Assembly (NCBI GenBank): GCA_047606065.1
Contig: JASGEU010000133.1
Location: 28,905 to 92,904 of the forward strand
Direction of reading: 5' to 3'
DNA: 64,000 bases
DNA from: Mobilitalea sp.
GTDB lineage: Bacteria > Bacillota > Clostridia > Lachnospirales > Lachnospiraceae
In this document: in pieces, positions 18,363 to 28,534 of the stretch
How the letters are laid out: each line of letters opens with the position of its first letter
How positions within the stretch are numbered: position 1 is the stretch's first letter
Translations under genes and position numbers: made by a program
Notes under the pieces: generated by a model
What the model was told of the DNA's origin: nothing
The model's input: only the letters and a program-made list of their open reading frames with translations
The model's database searches: none

Positions 18363-19559
18363 ATGTCAAAGCACGAGAAAATTGTTGAAACAATTCCTGT
18401 AGGACCTCTTGGTATTATTGCACTGGAAAGCAGTAAATCATTAGGACAACGCGTGAATGACTATTTAGTTGAATGGCGCGATGCCAGAGAGAGCGAACAT
18501 AAAGGTACGATTGCTTTTTCCGGCTATCAAAGAGATTCATTTTTATTAAAGGCTTGCTGCCCTAGATTTGGCACTGGCGAGGCAAAAGGTCAAATCAAAG
18601 AATCTGTTAGAGGTGCTGATTTGTATTTGCTGGTAGATGTAACAAATTACAGCTTAACCTATACTGTATCAGGACATCTTAATCATATGTCACCCGACGA
18701 CCATTATCAGGATTTAAAAAGAATTATTGCCGCAGTTGGTGGAAAAGCTAGAAGAATAACAGTTATTATGCCTTATCTATATGAAGGCAGACAACATAGA
18801 AGAAGCTCAAGAGAGTCTCTTGACTGTGCTCTTGCTCTTCAGGAATTGACCCAAATGGGTGTTGACAGTATCATTACCTTTGATGCTCATGATCCAAGAG
18901 TTCAAAATGCCATCCCTCTATCCAGCCTTGAAACTGTAGCTCCAAATTATCAGTTTATTAAAGCACTTCTTCATAATGTACCTGATCTTAAGCTTGACGC
19001 TGAACATATGATGATCATCAGCCCGGATGAAGGTGGAATGTCAAGAGCAGTTTATTATGCTAACGTACTGGGTCTTGATATGGGTATGTTCTATAAGAGA
19101 CGTGACTTCACTAAGATTGTGAATGGTCGTAATCCAATTGTTGCCCATGAGTTCTTAGGCACTGATATCGAAGGAAAAGATGTTTTAATCGTTGATGATA
19201 TGATTTCTTCCGGCGAAAGCGTATTGGATGTTGCTCATGAATTAAAGAAAAGAAATGCAGGCAGAATATTTGTTGCTTCCACCTTTGGCTTATTCACAAA
19301 TGGATTTGCTAAGATTGATGAAGCATACGAAAGCGGTCTGATTCACGGTATTCTTACTACAAATCTTATCTATCAGACACCTGAGCTTTTAACTAAGCCT
19401 TGGTATATCAATGTAGATATGAGCAAGTACGTTGCTTTAATTATTGACACATTAAATCATGATGATAGCATTAGTGGCCTTCTTAATCCTGTTGCAAGAA
19501 TTCAAAATATTATGAAAGAGTACAAGCAGGGCCAATATGCAATAGAATCTGCAGAATAA
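18363..19559 (+). CDS. prs: Ribose-phosphate pyrophosphokinase
   Basis: FGTGE..ESVRGAD, MPYLYEGRQH, DAHDPRVQ, SPDEGG, LIVDDMISSGES. Confidence 0.93.
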   Translation: MSKHEKIVETIPVGPLGIIALESSKSLGQRVNDYLVEWRDARESEHKGTIAFSGYQRDSFLLKACCPRFGTGEAKGQIKESVRGADLYLLVDVTNYSLTYTVSGHLNHMSPDDHYQDLKRIIAAVGGKARRITVIMPYLYEGRQHRRSSRESLDCALALQELTQMGVDSIITFDAHDPRVQNAIPLSSLETVAPNYQFIKALLHNVPDLKLDAEHMMIISPDEGGMSRAVYYANVLGLDMGMFYKRRDFTKIVNGRNPIVAHEFLGTDIEGKDVLIVDDMISSGESVLDVAHELKKRNAGRIFVASTFGLFTNGFAKIDEAYESGLIHGILTTNLIYQTPELLTKPWYINVDMSKYVALIIDTLNHDDSISGLLNPVARIQNIMKEYKQGQYAIESAE

Positions 19560-19600
19560 ACAAGATGAAACGACAAGTCGTTTCACTTGTCATGAATAAA
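19559..19600 (+). repeat. REP-like palindromic repeat, copy 2 (reference copy)
   Basis: AACAAGATGAAACGACAAGTCGTTTCACTTGTCATGAATAAA directly after the prs stop. Confidence 0.85.
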
Positions 19601-19624
19601 AGTATCTAAGAAATAGATATCTAA

Positions 19625-19685
19625 GAAAGAAGGTTAGCTTCTATGTACACCATCTATCATTGTACATAGAAGTTAACCTTCTTTC
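19625..19685. terminator. Long, probably bidirectional terminator between prs and the HD gene
   Basis: 25-bp stem with one G-U pair; A-rich and T-rich flanks. Confidence 0.75.
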
Positions 19686-19763
19686 TTTCAGTAAAATAAA
19701 GCCTGTGATATAGAAATTAAAGCAACGTTTCCATTTAGTTATTCTAATTTTAAACTTTATATT

Positions 19764-21692
19764 TTAAATGAGAACTTTTTTCATAACTTCAATACCAATT
19801 CGTTTACCAATGGCACTTAATACTTCTTCTCTTTTTTCCTTTAAAACTCCAGCCTCATCCTTTGCTAAAATGTAAATATAGAAAACAGGAAGATAATCAG
19901 AGTCAAGCTGAAGAATATCAGCAATCCCGCTAATATCTTTCAAAGTACAAATTGCTCCCTTGTGGTTATAAAAATAGATGGGGGAATCTAATCCAATTGA
20001 AATTCGTTTAAATAAAGTAACTGAATCATAGATCTTAAGGTTGTCATCTATATGATTTGCTTCATCTCTAACAATTTCACTGACCTTCTGCTCAAAACTT
20101 TCGATTTTCATTTCCTTCCAATGTCTCGAAATAAAAGATAAAACAAACCCGGAAGAATTTTTTGTCACATTCTCTAACATTTGATAAATTAACTCTGTGG
20201 ATTTTTCCTGACCCGGCAAGTCATTTCCCTTCGCCAGGAATGCTTTTATCTTATCTTTACGTTTTATTATTTCAAGTTTAACAGCATCATCAATAATTTT
20301 AAAATTCTCACTACGTTTTATTAAAGAATGATATCGTTTGCTACTACGCAGTAATTCCGCCAGTCTTTGTGACAACACGAAATCTCTGGTTCCTTCCATA
20401 ATCTCTTTATTATGATAATACTCTGTATAATAAATCTGTCTAAGTACTGTCGTCAACCAGGAATCATTCCATTGTGAAAGTGCATTTGCTTTTATTGCTG
20501 ACTTTTTGTCACCCAATGGGAACCAGAGTCCTGAAATATCAAATGGAATTAATATTTCATTGTCATGCTGCTTCTCCAACCCTTCTTCCTTCAAATATTT
20601 TATCACCAGATCTTTTACGATTCCTTCGAGAATATAATCAGATTGAATAACTCTATGATGATAAACTATATCTTTATAGCTATTATATCTACGTTTAACA
20701 AAATCCTCCACAGAACTAACTGCTTTTAACGGAACACAAAATAAAATATCTCCATTTTTCACAAACAACTGCATATCATTAATAATTCTGCTATATTCGA
20801 TTTTCCCCGAATCTTTTCCCGAATTAATTACATCTCTTGTCACATAATCCAAACGGTCTCCATCTAAGCTGGAATCAATAATTCTATGAAGATATCTGAA
20901 GGCTCCCTCTTCAGCAAAAATTCTTTTTACACTTTCCAATACAAGCAGTTCAAATAAATTCTCATTGTAATTCGAAGCATCTTCTGAAATTGCTGCAATA
21001 ATTTTGCTTAAAATACCCTCACTAATCTCGTCACCCATTTGTTCATGCAATTTCTTATTGCCCTCGAAATATTTTGACATGATATCAACAAATTCTTTTG
21101 CATTTTCCTTTTGAATATCTGCTTTCTCTTTATATTCCATATAAACATCTTTTAAGGCAAACTCTACAATATGACTAAACGGAGGATGTCCGATATCATG
21201 CAGCAAAGCTGCCGCCCGAATAGATTGAATGAGGACAAGATGTATAATTTTATAATGGTCTGGGATATTGTTCGGTATCAAAGAATGTCTCAACTTATCC
21301 AGTTCAATCCACGGCATCTCCTCTGGCAGCCTGCCACCTAATTTTTCTGCACATATCTCAATCTGCTGTCCTAAGCTATCTAAAATATTACCATATTCTT
21401 TATCAAATATATCAAAGAATTCCATTAACGTCGAATCTGTTGTATTCAGTAACGATTGGAAAAACATATCAGAGCAAAGTTTCATAGTTCCAATGGAGTG
21501 TTCAAATCGTTTGGTTCGATTGGTTGGAAACGTAAGATATACCGTAGAATTTTGATATACATCATGAAGACGATTAAATCCAATGGTTGAAACAATTCTT
21601 CTTTCATATTCCGTTAATGAAATCAATCCATGAATGGAATCATTCAAATAAATGCCATTTTTCAAGTTAAGCCTCCTATTGTTTTTATCCAT
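19764..21692 (-). CDS. HD-domain phosphohydrolase, SAMHD1/dNTP-triphosphohydrolase-like
   Basis: DSIHG..FNRLHDVYQ..TFP...RFEHSIG, LLHDIGHPPFSH, DGDRLDYVTRD, VYHHRV. Confidence 0.8.
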   Translation of the reverse strand: MDKNNRRLNLKNGIYLNDSIHGLISLTEYERRIVSTIGFNRLHDVYQNSTVYLTFPTNRTKRFEHSIGTMKLCSDMFFQSLLNTTDSTLMEFFDIFDKEYGNILDSLGQQIEICAEKLGGRLPEEMPWIELDKLRHSLIPNNIPDHYKIIHLVLIQSIRAAALLHDIGHPPFSHIVEFALKDVYMEYKEKADIQKENAKEFVDIMSKYFEGNKKLHEQMGDEISEGILSKIIAAISEDASNYNENLFELLVLESVKRIFAEEGAFRYLHRIIDSSLDGDRLDYVTRDVINSGKDSGKIEYSRIINDMQLFVKNGDILFCVPLKAVSSVEDFVKRRYNSYKDIVYHHRVIQSDYILEGIVKDLVIKYLKEEGLEKQHDNEILIPFDISGLWFPLGDKKSAIKANALSQWNDSWLTTVLRQIYYTEYYHNKEIMEGTRDFVLSQRLAELLRSSKRYHSLIKRSENFKIIDDAVKLEIIKRKDKIKAFLAKGNDLPGQEKSTELIYQMLENVTKNSSGFVLSFISRHWKEMKIESFEQKVSEIVRDEANHIDDNLKIYDSVTLFKRISIGLDSPIYFYNHKGAICTLKDISGIADILQLDSDYLPVFYIYILAKDEAGVLKEKREEVLSAIGKRIGIEVMKKVLI

Positions 21693-21750
21693 ACTAAAGT
21701 ATCTCCATCATAATTCTACTAATTCAGAATTTCTTCCTGACCTTCTTCAA

Positions 21751-21790
21751 TAAGATGATACGCCAAGTCGTTTCACTGGTCATGAATTAA
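21751..21790 (+). repeat. REP-like repeat, copy 3, overlapping the PBP stop codon
   Basis: 35/40 identity to copy 2. Confidence 0.8.
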
Positions 21791-24184
21791 ATCTTCCTCA
21801 CTTAAGCCCTCTCCCTCAGAAGCGCCTTCCCCCTCTAGAAGTGTATCCCCAGAGGTTTCTTCGTTCTCAAGATCGTCAATAGTTTCTGGATTGGTTTCTT
21901 CCTCCTGTATTTCTTCACCTTCTGTGCTATTATCTTCCGAATCGATTTCTTCTGTATCAAGTCCTTCTTCCGAATTATCCTCCTGATAATTATCCTCTTC
22001 CTCCAAACTATCCTCTGGATTTGTATCACTATCTGGTATTTCTGTTTCGATTCCTTCCTCATTGTTGCTTATTTCTTCTTCCGGAATCTCCACTTCTACT
22101 TCATCCTCATTTTCCGTGATACCTTCTTCTGCAGTTTCCTCTTCTATAGTTTCACTTTGCTCTTCCTGGGGTCTCCAATCATAGAATAAGAAGTTCTTTG
22201 TCATAGAATTTGTATGTATCTGCTCCATAAAGTTATGCCAGATACCGCCTGGATATGACGCTCCTCTTAAATCTGACAAGGCTTTGGGCAAATCATATCC
22301 AACCCATACACTGGTAGTATAATACGGTGTATATCCAACAAACCATCCATCCTTCTGATCGTTTGTTGTACCAGTTTTACCTGCGCTTACTGTATTTGAA
22401 AGACCAATCCCCTTTCCTGTACCTTTTTTCATTACACCTGTTAAGGCCTCTGTCATAATCCTTGCTGCTTCTGTCTTATAAATCTGTTTCTCATCAACTG
22501 TTTCGCCAACAACCTCTTCTCCCTGTGAATCCATAATTCTTATAATACAAGTTGGCTCACGATAAAAACCATCATTCTCAATTGCCGCATACGCAGCCGC
22601 CATTTCAACAGAGCTTGCCCCAACAGTTAGTCCGCCAAGTGCGGCTGCAGGAATATAATCACTCTCTGATATTTTTGAAAAATTCATTCTAAGTAAATAC
22701 TCTAAACCTATTTGTGGTGTCAATTCCACGAAAAGTTCCCAGGCAACTACATTTTTTGATGCTTCAATTGCCCTCTGTAATTTTATTTCACCTGCATACT
22801 GTTTATCAGCATTCTTAGGTCCATCCTTACTATATACATCTTCAACAAGGCTATCCGGAGTATATCCTCGTTCAAAGATCGGAGTATAAACAATAAGGGG
22901 CTTAATGGCACTGCCTGGCTGGCGAAAACTCTGGTAAGCCCGGTTCAGGGTATACCCTCCAAGGTCCTGTTCTCTGCCGCCAACAATTGCAACCACTCTA
23001 CCCGTATCATTGTCGATACAGACAGAAGCTGCCTGCAATTTATACACACCCTCTTCATTCACCTCTGTAAATTTTGCCAGAGCATTATCTACTGCTTCTT
23101 GTAATAACTGCTGCTTTTCCAAATCAATGGAGGTATAAATGCGATATCCTTTACTATACAAATCCTTTTGACAGCTATAATATAATTCATCATATGCTGC
23201 ATTGTAGGCTTCTTTATCAGCTTCATCTTCAAACTTATTACGAAACTCAAATCCCTGCTTTTTCATTAAGGCTCGAATTGCACTGTAATAGGTATAGGTT
23301 TCAACATAGTTCTGCTTCTCTAGTTTTGTTCGATTAAGCTCTATCTCCTCCTTAAGAGCCAATTGATAATCCTTTTGATTAATGATACCTGCTTCATACA
23401 TTTGATCCAGGATACGATCTCTGCGCTTCAGGGTGTTATTCATATTTGTTACCGGATTATAAAGATTTGGATTGTTAGGTATCGAACATAAAAACACCAG
23501 CTGTGACATGCTAAGAGAGGACACTCCCTCACCAAAATATCCTTTCGCTGCCGCCTGAATTCCATAGTAACCGTTGGCAAAATAGATTTCATTAAAATAA
23601 AATTCTAAAATATCTGATTTACTATATTTTTTCTCTAATTCCTGTGCTATAAAGATCTCTTCCAGCTTTCTTTCATAAGTAACCTTATGAGTTAAAAATA
23701 CATTACGGGCCAGCTGCTGGGTAATTGTACTGGCTCCCTGGGTAATTTCACCCTTGTGCTTGATCAAAGCTATGGCTGCTCGGATATTTGCCAAGTAATC
23801 CACTCCGTCATGTTGTAGAAAATTGCGGTCTTCCGATACCAACATAGCATCAATTACAGTGGCTGGAATTTCTTTATAGGAAAGATAGTAAACATCCTTT
23901 TCCGTTCTTAGCGTAGAAATTAAGTTTCCTTGTACGTCATAGACTAAACTGGTCTGGTCCTCTTTAAAGGTATCATTGGAAGAAGCACTGACCTTCTGCT
24001 TTGCTTCTGCCTGAAGTTTTAAAATCATCTTACCATAGACCTGATAGAAGTAGAAAAGTCCTGCCGCTATTGCCATAAGAAAGCATAGAACCATAATTTG
24101 CAGGACTAGCCTGCCTTTGCTGCCAGCTTTTTTTCTTGTATTCTTTTCCTGTTTTTTCATACTTTTCTTTTTTTGTCTGGGCAT
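21773..24184 (-). CDS. Class A (bifunctional) penicillin-binding protein with an acidic C-terminal tail
   Basis: Transglycosylase motifs EDRNF, GASTITQQLARN, RKLEE; transpeptidase motifs SAIK, SKN, KTGT. Confidence 0.93.
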   Translation of the reverse strand: MPRQKKKSMKKQEKNTRKKAGSKGRLVLQIMVLCFLMAIAAGLFYFYQVYGKMILKLQAEAKQKVSASSNDTFKEDQTSLVYDVQGNLISTLRTEKDVYYLSYKEIPATVIDAMLVSEDRNFLQHDGVDYLANIRAAIALIKHKGEITQGASTITQQLARNVFLTHKVTYERKLEEIFIAQELEKKYSKSDILEFYFNEIYFANGYYGIQAAAKGYFGEGVSSLSMSQLVFLCSIPNNPNLYNPVTNMNNTLKRRDRILDQMYEAGIINQKDYQLALKEEIELNRTKLEKQNYVETYTYYSAIRALMKKQGFEFRNKFEDEADKEAYNAAYDELYYSCQKDLYSKGYRIYTSIDLEKQQLLQEAVDNALAKFTEVNEEGVYKLQAASVCIDNDTGRVVAIVGGREQDLGGYTLNRAYQSFRQPGSAIKPLIVYTPIFERGYTPDSLVEDVYSKDGPKNADKQYAGEIKLQRAIEASKNVVAWELFVELTPQIGLEYLLRMNFSKISESDYIPAAALGGLTVGASSVEMAAAYAAIENDGFYREPTCIIRIMDSQGEEVVGETVDEKQIYKTEAARIMTEALTGVMKKGTGKGIGLSNTVSAGKTGTTNDQKDGWFVGYTPYYTTSVWVGYDLPKALSDLRGASYPGGIWHNFMEQIHTNSMTKNFLFYDWRPQEEQSETIEEETAEEGITENEDEVEVEIPEEEISNNEEGIETEIPDSDTNPEDSLEEEDNYQEDNSEEGLDTEEIDSEDNSTEGEEIQEEETNPETIDDLENEETSGDTLLEGEGASEGEGLSEEDLIHDQ

Positions 24185-24362
24185 TCTAAACCTCCACCCT
24201 GAACAATTTTCAACTCGTATAATTAATCCAAGCCAGATTATTTAAAATTGAACATTGTTTCTTTCTTATAGGAATATTTCTGATTACATCTAGCTTACTA
24301 CCTGCTATTGTATCTGCGTGAATTCTGTAATCCAGAGGTATCCTGCTCTCATTGTTAAGTTT

Positions 24363-26453
24363 TTAATAGGATAGGTCAATAAAATGGTACGGAATATTTT
24401 GTTCTTCCAATAATTCTTTCTCCCTTTTATGGCAGGTAAATAGTACCACTTGTTCTCTATCTGATATTTTATTTAAGGAAGCTCTTACTCTCATCTCATC
24501 ATAAAGCGCAAAGCTGTCATCAAATAACAATGGCATGCTTCTATTCTCTAGCAGTAAATCCGCAACAGCAAGGCGAAGTGCAAAATATACCTGATCCATC
24601 GTGCCTGCACTTAGGCGATCCAGCATATGATAATTACCATTCCAACCCACTTTAACCTCAAGCTTCTCATCTATTTTAAGATCATTGTATCTTCCATTGG
24701 TAACCTCTTGAATTATATCCGATACAGACTGATTAAGTTGTTCTCCAAAGCTATCATGAATATCGGTGCTTAACTCCTGTATCGTAGTTAGAGCAAGTTT
24801 GACTGCTTCCTGTTCCAGTGCACCTTCCTTCATGGACTGCTCCAGACTACTAAGTCGATCTTTATTGATTAATAACTGTTCCTCATTGGCTTCCAGAGCA
24901 TTTACTTCCCAGGTTATCTTTTCTCTTTGGAGTTTATATGCTTCTAACTTTTGATTTATATCTGAAACCTTTCCCTGCAGCAACGACCTTCGGTGATTAA
25001 TCTCCTCCCGAAGCATACGAATTGCTTCCGAAGTAAGCTCCTCTGCCTGGATGAAATTCTGCATATATTTCATGATCGTCTCATATAGAAGATCACAGCG
25101 GTCTTCCAGCATTGACCTTTGCTGTTCCAAATTCTTTTTCTGATCCTCTGAATGCTCCATGGCATACTGATTCTTTTTTATTTCTTCCTGTTTTTTAAGT
25201 AATTCCTCTACTGATTTAGCCTGATGTTCCTTACATATTTCATTTATTTTCTTTGTAGCATCAGTTAGTTTTGCATTAAGGTCTTTCTCTTTCAGTTTCT
25301 GCTGTGCAAGTGCTTTTCCGCCAGAGTGATTACTCGTCCAGAAAATAAATCCTCCAAGCGATAAAACTCCAATCGCTATTCCTACACCTATCATCTCCAT
25401 ACCACTGACCAGCAGCACAATCATTGCTGCAAGTATGCTAAAACAAAGAATTAAATTGCTATTTCTCTGTTTGGTTTCCAAAGTAGTCGTTTTCTCACCT
25501 TTAAACTCTCGTTGCTGCTTCTCCAGATCCTGCTGAAACCGGTAAAGCTTCTCTGCCACTTTACAAGCGTCTATAAAAATCTCAATCCGGGGGAGTTCTT
25601 TCTCCCATTGAAAAATCTTATTATTCAGCTCCTGTTCCTGCAATTCCAATGCTTCTGCTTGTCTTCTATAGGTTTCATAATTATCATATTTTTCAAATAT
25701 GGCAGGAAACAATTCCATTCTTTCAAGCTCTTTCTTTTCTGTAGCGGTAAGCTTGTCCAGTTCTGCTTTCAACTGCTGCTCTTTATGAAGTAAATCTCTT
25801 CTTTGTAAGGATAGTTCATCCATCCTCTTTTCCTTTTGCATTCCTTCTTCAATATCCAACTGTAACGCCTTTATTTCTTCCTGGCACTTTGTCAAATCTA
25901 ATTGTTTTCTTTTATTATTTAATATGTTAAATGCTTTTGTTACGTCAATCTCCTTGCTTTTTGTAATTGAAAGATTAGTAATATAATTACGAACCTGCGA
26001 AGTTAATTCCAGATCGGTGGAAACTTTCAGCTGCTCAATACTAATGGTATTCTTATAAACAGATTCCGTCAGGTCAGGAATTATTTCACTAATTAAGCCT
26101 TCCTTTAGCTTTATTTCACGACCAGTCGATAAATCCAAAACCGTAAAGTTCTTATTATTTGCATGAAAACTTCGTTGCAAACGATATTCTTTCTCTCCAA
26201 GAACTATATCCATGCTTCCTTCATAGGCACCGGGATAGCCCCAAGGCAGATATCTGGTATAGCTATCCTCCTTAGAAGCGGACCCTCTTCCTCTCATGCG
26301 CTCAATTCCAAATAACATTCCCTTTATAAAAGCATGTATTGTGGATTTACCGGCTTCATTATCGCCATAAATTAAGTTAATTCCCGGCTTTAATTCTATT
26401 TCGCGGTTATGAAAATGACCAAAATAATTTAGTTTCAGTTTCTTAATCAGCAT
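24363..26453 (-). CDS. YhaN/SbcE-like AAA ATPase (Rad50/SMC-like)
   Basis: Walker A GDNEAGKST, long coiled coil, signature LSAGT, Walker B LLFDDSF. Confidence 0.85.
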   Translation of the reverse strand: MLIKKLKLNYFGHFHNREIELKPGINLIYGDNEAGKSTIHAFIKGMLFGIERMRGRGSASKEDSYTRYLPWGYPGAYEGSMDIVLGEKEYRLQRSFHANNKNFTVLDLSTGREIKLKEGLISEIIPDLTESVYKNTISIEQLKVSTDLELTSQVRNYITNLSITKSKEIDVTKAFNILNNKRKQLDLTKCQEEIKALQLDIEEGMQKEKRMDELSLQRRDLLHKEQQLKAELDKLTATEKKELERMELFPAIFEKYDNYETYRRQAEALELQEQELNNKIFQWEKELPRIEIFIDACKVAEKLYRFQQDLEKQQREFKGEKTTTLETKQRNSNLILCFSILAAMIVLLVSGMEMIGVGIAIGVLSLGGFIFWTSNHSGGKALAQQKLKEKDLNAKLTDATKKINEICKEHQAKSVEELLKKQEEIKKNQYAMEHSEDQKKNLEQQRSMLEDRCDLLYETIMKYMQNFIQAEELTSEAIRMLREEINHRRSLLQGKVSDINQKLEAYKLQREKITWEVNALEANEEQLLINKDRLSSLEQSMKEGALEQEAVKLALTTIQELSTDIHDSFGEQLNQSVSDIIQEVTNGRYNDLKIDEKLEVKVGWNGNYHMLDRLSAGTMDQVYFALRLAVADLLLENRSMPLLFDDSFALYDEMRVRASLNKISDREQVVLFTCHKREKELLEEQNIPYHFIDLSY

Positions 26454-26470
26454 TTCCTTACCCTTCCCAG

Positions 26471-27577
26471 CTAATTCTTGGCACCTAACAGTGCTTCTAT
26501 TCCATAGTACAAGGCTTTCCTTGTAATCTCTTCTTTCGTTGTCATTATATCCTTACTATTCATTCCAAGATCATCCATCGAGGTATGCTCTCGAATTCTC
26601 TTAATAAATTGTCCAATCATATTATCTGAATTCTCTCGGTATAAAGCATCAAAATCATAATCAGGAATACTATTATCTATAACTTCAAGAATGTTTCCTA
26701 GTCCTTTCAAAGCCTCCTTATTAAATTGTAGGTCTTCGTCTCTAATCCCTTCAATACAAAAGGAATAAATATGTTGATTGCCTTGACTTCGAACGATTTC
26801 TCTTGCCTCATCCAGAAGTGATCCATTCGTGGTCTCCTGATTTACCCCAAGTGTGATGTTCTTGTACTCTCTTAAAGAACTTGGAATAAATTGAAGTGTT
26901 ATTCTCCTTGCTTCCTGGTCAGTATTAATCTCTCCTTTGACATACCCTCTAGCTCCTGTTTCATTCCTATCCATCGGTTCCAGAGAACCGCTGTATGCCA
27001 TTCTCTCATTTATCAGCTCTGGTTTATGAATATGTCCAAGTGCAATATAATCAAACCCTAATTCTAACATTTTCCTGCGGTTCATTGGAATGTTCTTTTC
27101 GTCTCCGCCATGTGCCAGCAGTATGTTAATTCCACTGGTATCCTTAGGACGAACAAAATCATACATTGGTTCCGTAATATCACGGCTGCAATAACTTAAC
27201 CCATAAACCGTGACATTAAGATCAGGTAATGTTACAGCTCCCATGGATGCACTTAAAAACATATAAACCCTTTCATCCCATTCAAAGTCCTGATAATGTG
27301 ATCTTGGACTAATATAATCGTGGTTTCCTGCCATGAGGATAACCTTAGTAGTTTTAAGTTTGCTTAAGTAATAGTTTGCTTCCTTTAGCTCCCTAAGTAA
27401 CGGCTGCTTATGGAACAGATCTCCCGCAATAAGCAGCAGATCAACATCTTCTTCGTTACAAATATTTATTATATTTTGAAAGCTGCTCCAGATTTCCTTC
27501 TCCCGAAGTACCCCCCAGGCTTGATTAGAATCCGGAACGGCACCGAGATGAACATCTGCAATATGTATGAATTTCAT
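26471..27577 (-). CDS. YhaO/SbcD(Mre11)-like metallophosphoesterase
   Basis: HIADVHLG, AGDLFH, AGNHD, LAHG, ALGHIH. Confidence 0.88.
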   Translation of the reverse strand: MKFIHIADVHLGAVPDSNQAWGVLREKEIWSSFQNIINICNEEDVDLLLIAGDLFHKQPLLRELKEANYYLSKLKTTKVILMAGNHDYISPRSHYQDFEWDERVYMFLSASMGAVTLPDLNVTVYGLSYCSRDITEPMYDFVRPKDTSGINILLAHGGDEKNIPMNRRKMLELGFDYIALGHIHKPELINERMAYSGSLEPMDRNETGARGYVKGEINTDQEARRITLQFIPSSLREYKNITLGVNQETTNGSLLDEAREIVRSQGNQHIYSFCIEGIRDEDLQFNKEALKGLGNILEVIDNSIPDYDFDALYRENSDNMIGQFIKRIREHTSMDDLGMNSKDIMTTKEEITRKALYYGIEALLGAKN

Positions 27578-27952
27578 TTGTTCCTCCTTGTTATATCCTG
27601 AACGTAAACATGTTCAGGATCTTGTTACTCCAATCGGCATTTACAAGCAAGCTTGTAAATACCTCATTCCGCTTTTATTATATCATAATATAATTGATAT
27701 TTTATCAAATTATAGTTATTCTAGCAAGCTTACTACCGAACATTTATTCTATTACAATTTTACTACTTAGCTACTGCATAGTTAACCTCCGTAGAATGAC
27801 GTAAAATGAAAAACGTAGTTATTGTTTGTTCATATATTGTTCATTTCTTTTAATTTATTCTCTAAATATAAAAAACTATATATAAAAAAAGAAAGCTGCC
27901 TGTAGTCTGACTACAACAACTTTCTTTTCATTTTACATATGTACACCGCCAG

Positions 27953-28252
27953 TTAATTATTCATTATCTGGTTGCCCACCGCCGTATTATCCGCTGTGTC
28001 TTTTTTATCTACAATATTTCGAATCATCTCATAAGTTCCTGTGCTGGCAAGACCACTTGCCAAGCCACCAAGTAAAATCTCCGGTGTAAATGTCCACCCG
28101 TTAATCCATACATTAAGAATAGTACCAACAACTGCCATGATGAGCGGGATGTATTTATTCGGAATAAAGGAAATGCTGTTCTTAATCACATATCCAAGGC
28201 ATAAACAGATTGCCAAAACGACAATCACTACGTATCTTGATAAGATCTCCAC
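27953..28252 (-). CDS. Phage-holin-family membrane protein (orphan)
   Basis: CLCLGYVIK..IPNKYIPLI..GLASGLASTG.YE pattern of Firmicute phage holins; RBS AAGGAG before a GTG start. Confidence 0.7.
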   Translation of the reverse strand: MEILSRYVVIVVLAICLCLGYVIKNSISFIPNKYIPLIMAVVGTILNVWINGWTFTPEILLGGLASGLASTGTYEMIRNIVDKKDTADNTAVGNQIMNN

Positions 28253-28384
28253 TCTGCCTTCTCCTTTCTTAGCTTATTCCGTCCACTAGAACAAAAGTGT
28301 GCATTATACACTCTCGCATTCAAATACTTTTAATGCACAACTTTTGTACCGCGCGCGTAGCTGCGCATCATTAGCCCGAAGGGC

Positions 28385-28428
28385 TTTTATATCATAGGAA
28401 ATTCTTTGGAATTTCCTATGATATAAAA
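28385..28428. terminator. Perfect 20-bp inverted repeat (terminator or operator)
   Basis: TTTTATATCATAGGAAATTC-TTTG-GAATTTCCTATGATATAAAA. Confidence 0.55.
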
Positions 28429-28534
28429 TATGTACGAAACTCTCATGAAATGCTAATTATTTATACACAAAACATTAACGAATTCTGCATAGTTTAGACA
28501 CATTTACCGCATATACTATAAACATATCATAACT

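Noticed and set aside
27953-28252. Holin as evidence of a prophage
   Set aside because: No endolysin, structural, integrase or att signals in the window
28345-28360. GTACCGCG resembling a T-box antiterminator
   Set aside because: Lacks the preceding GGTGG and any stem I or specifier features
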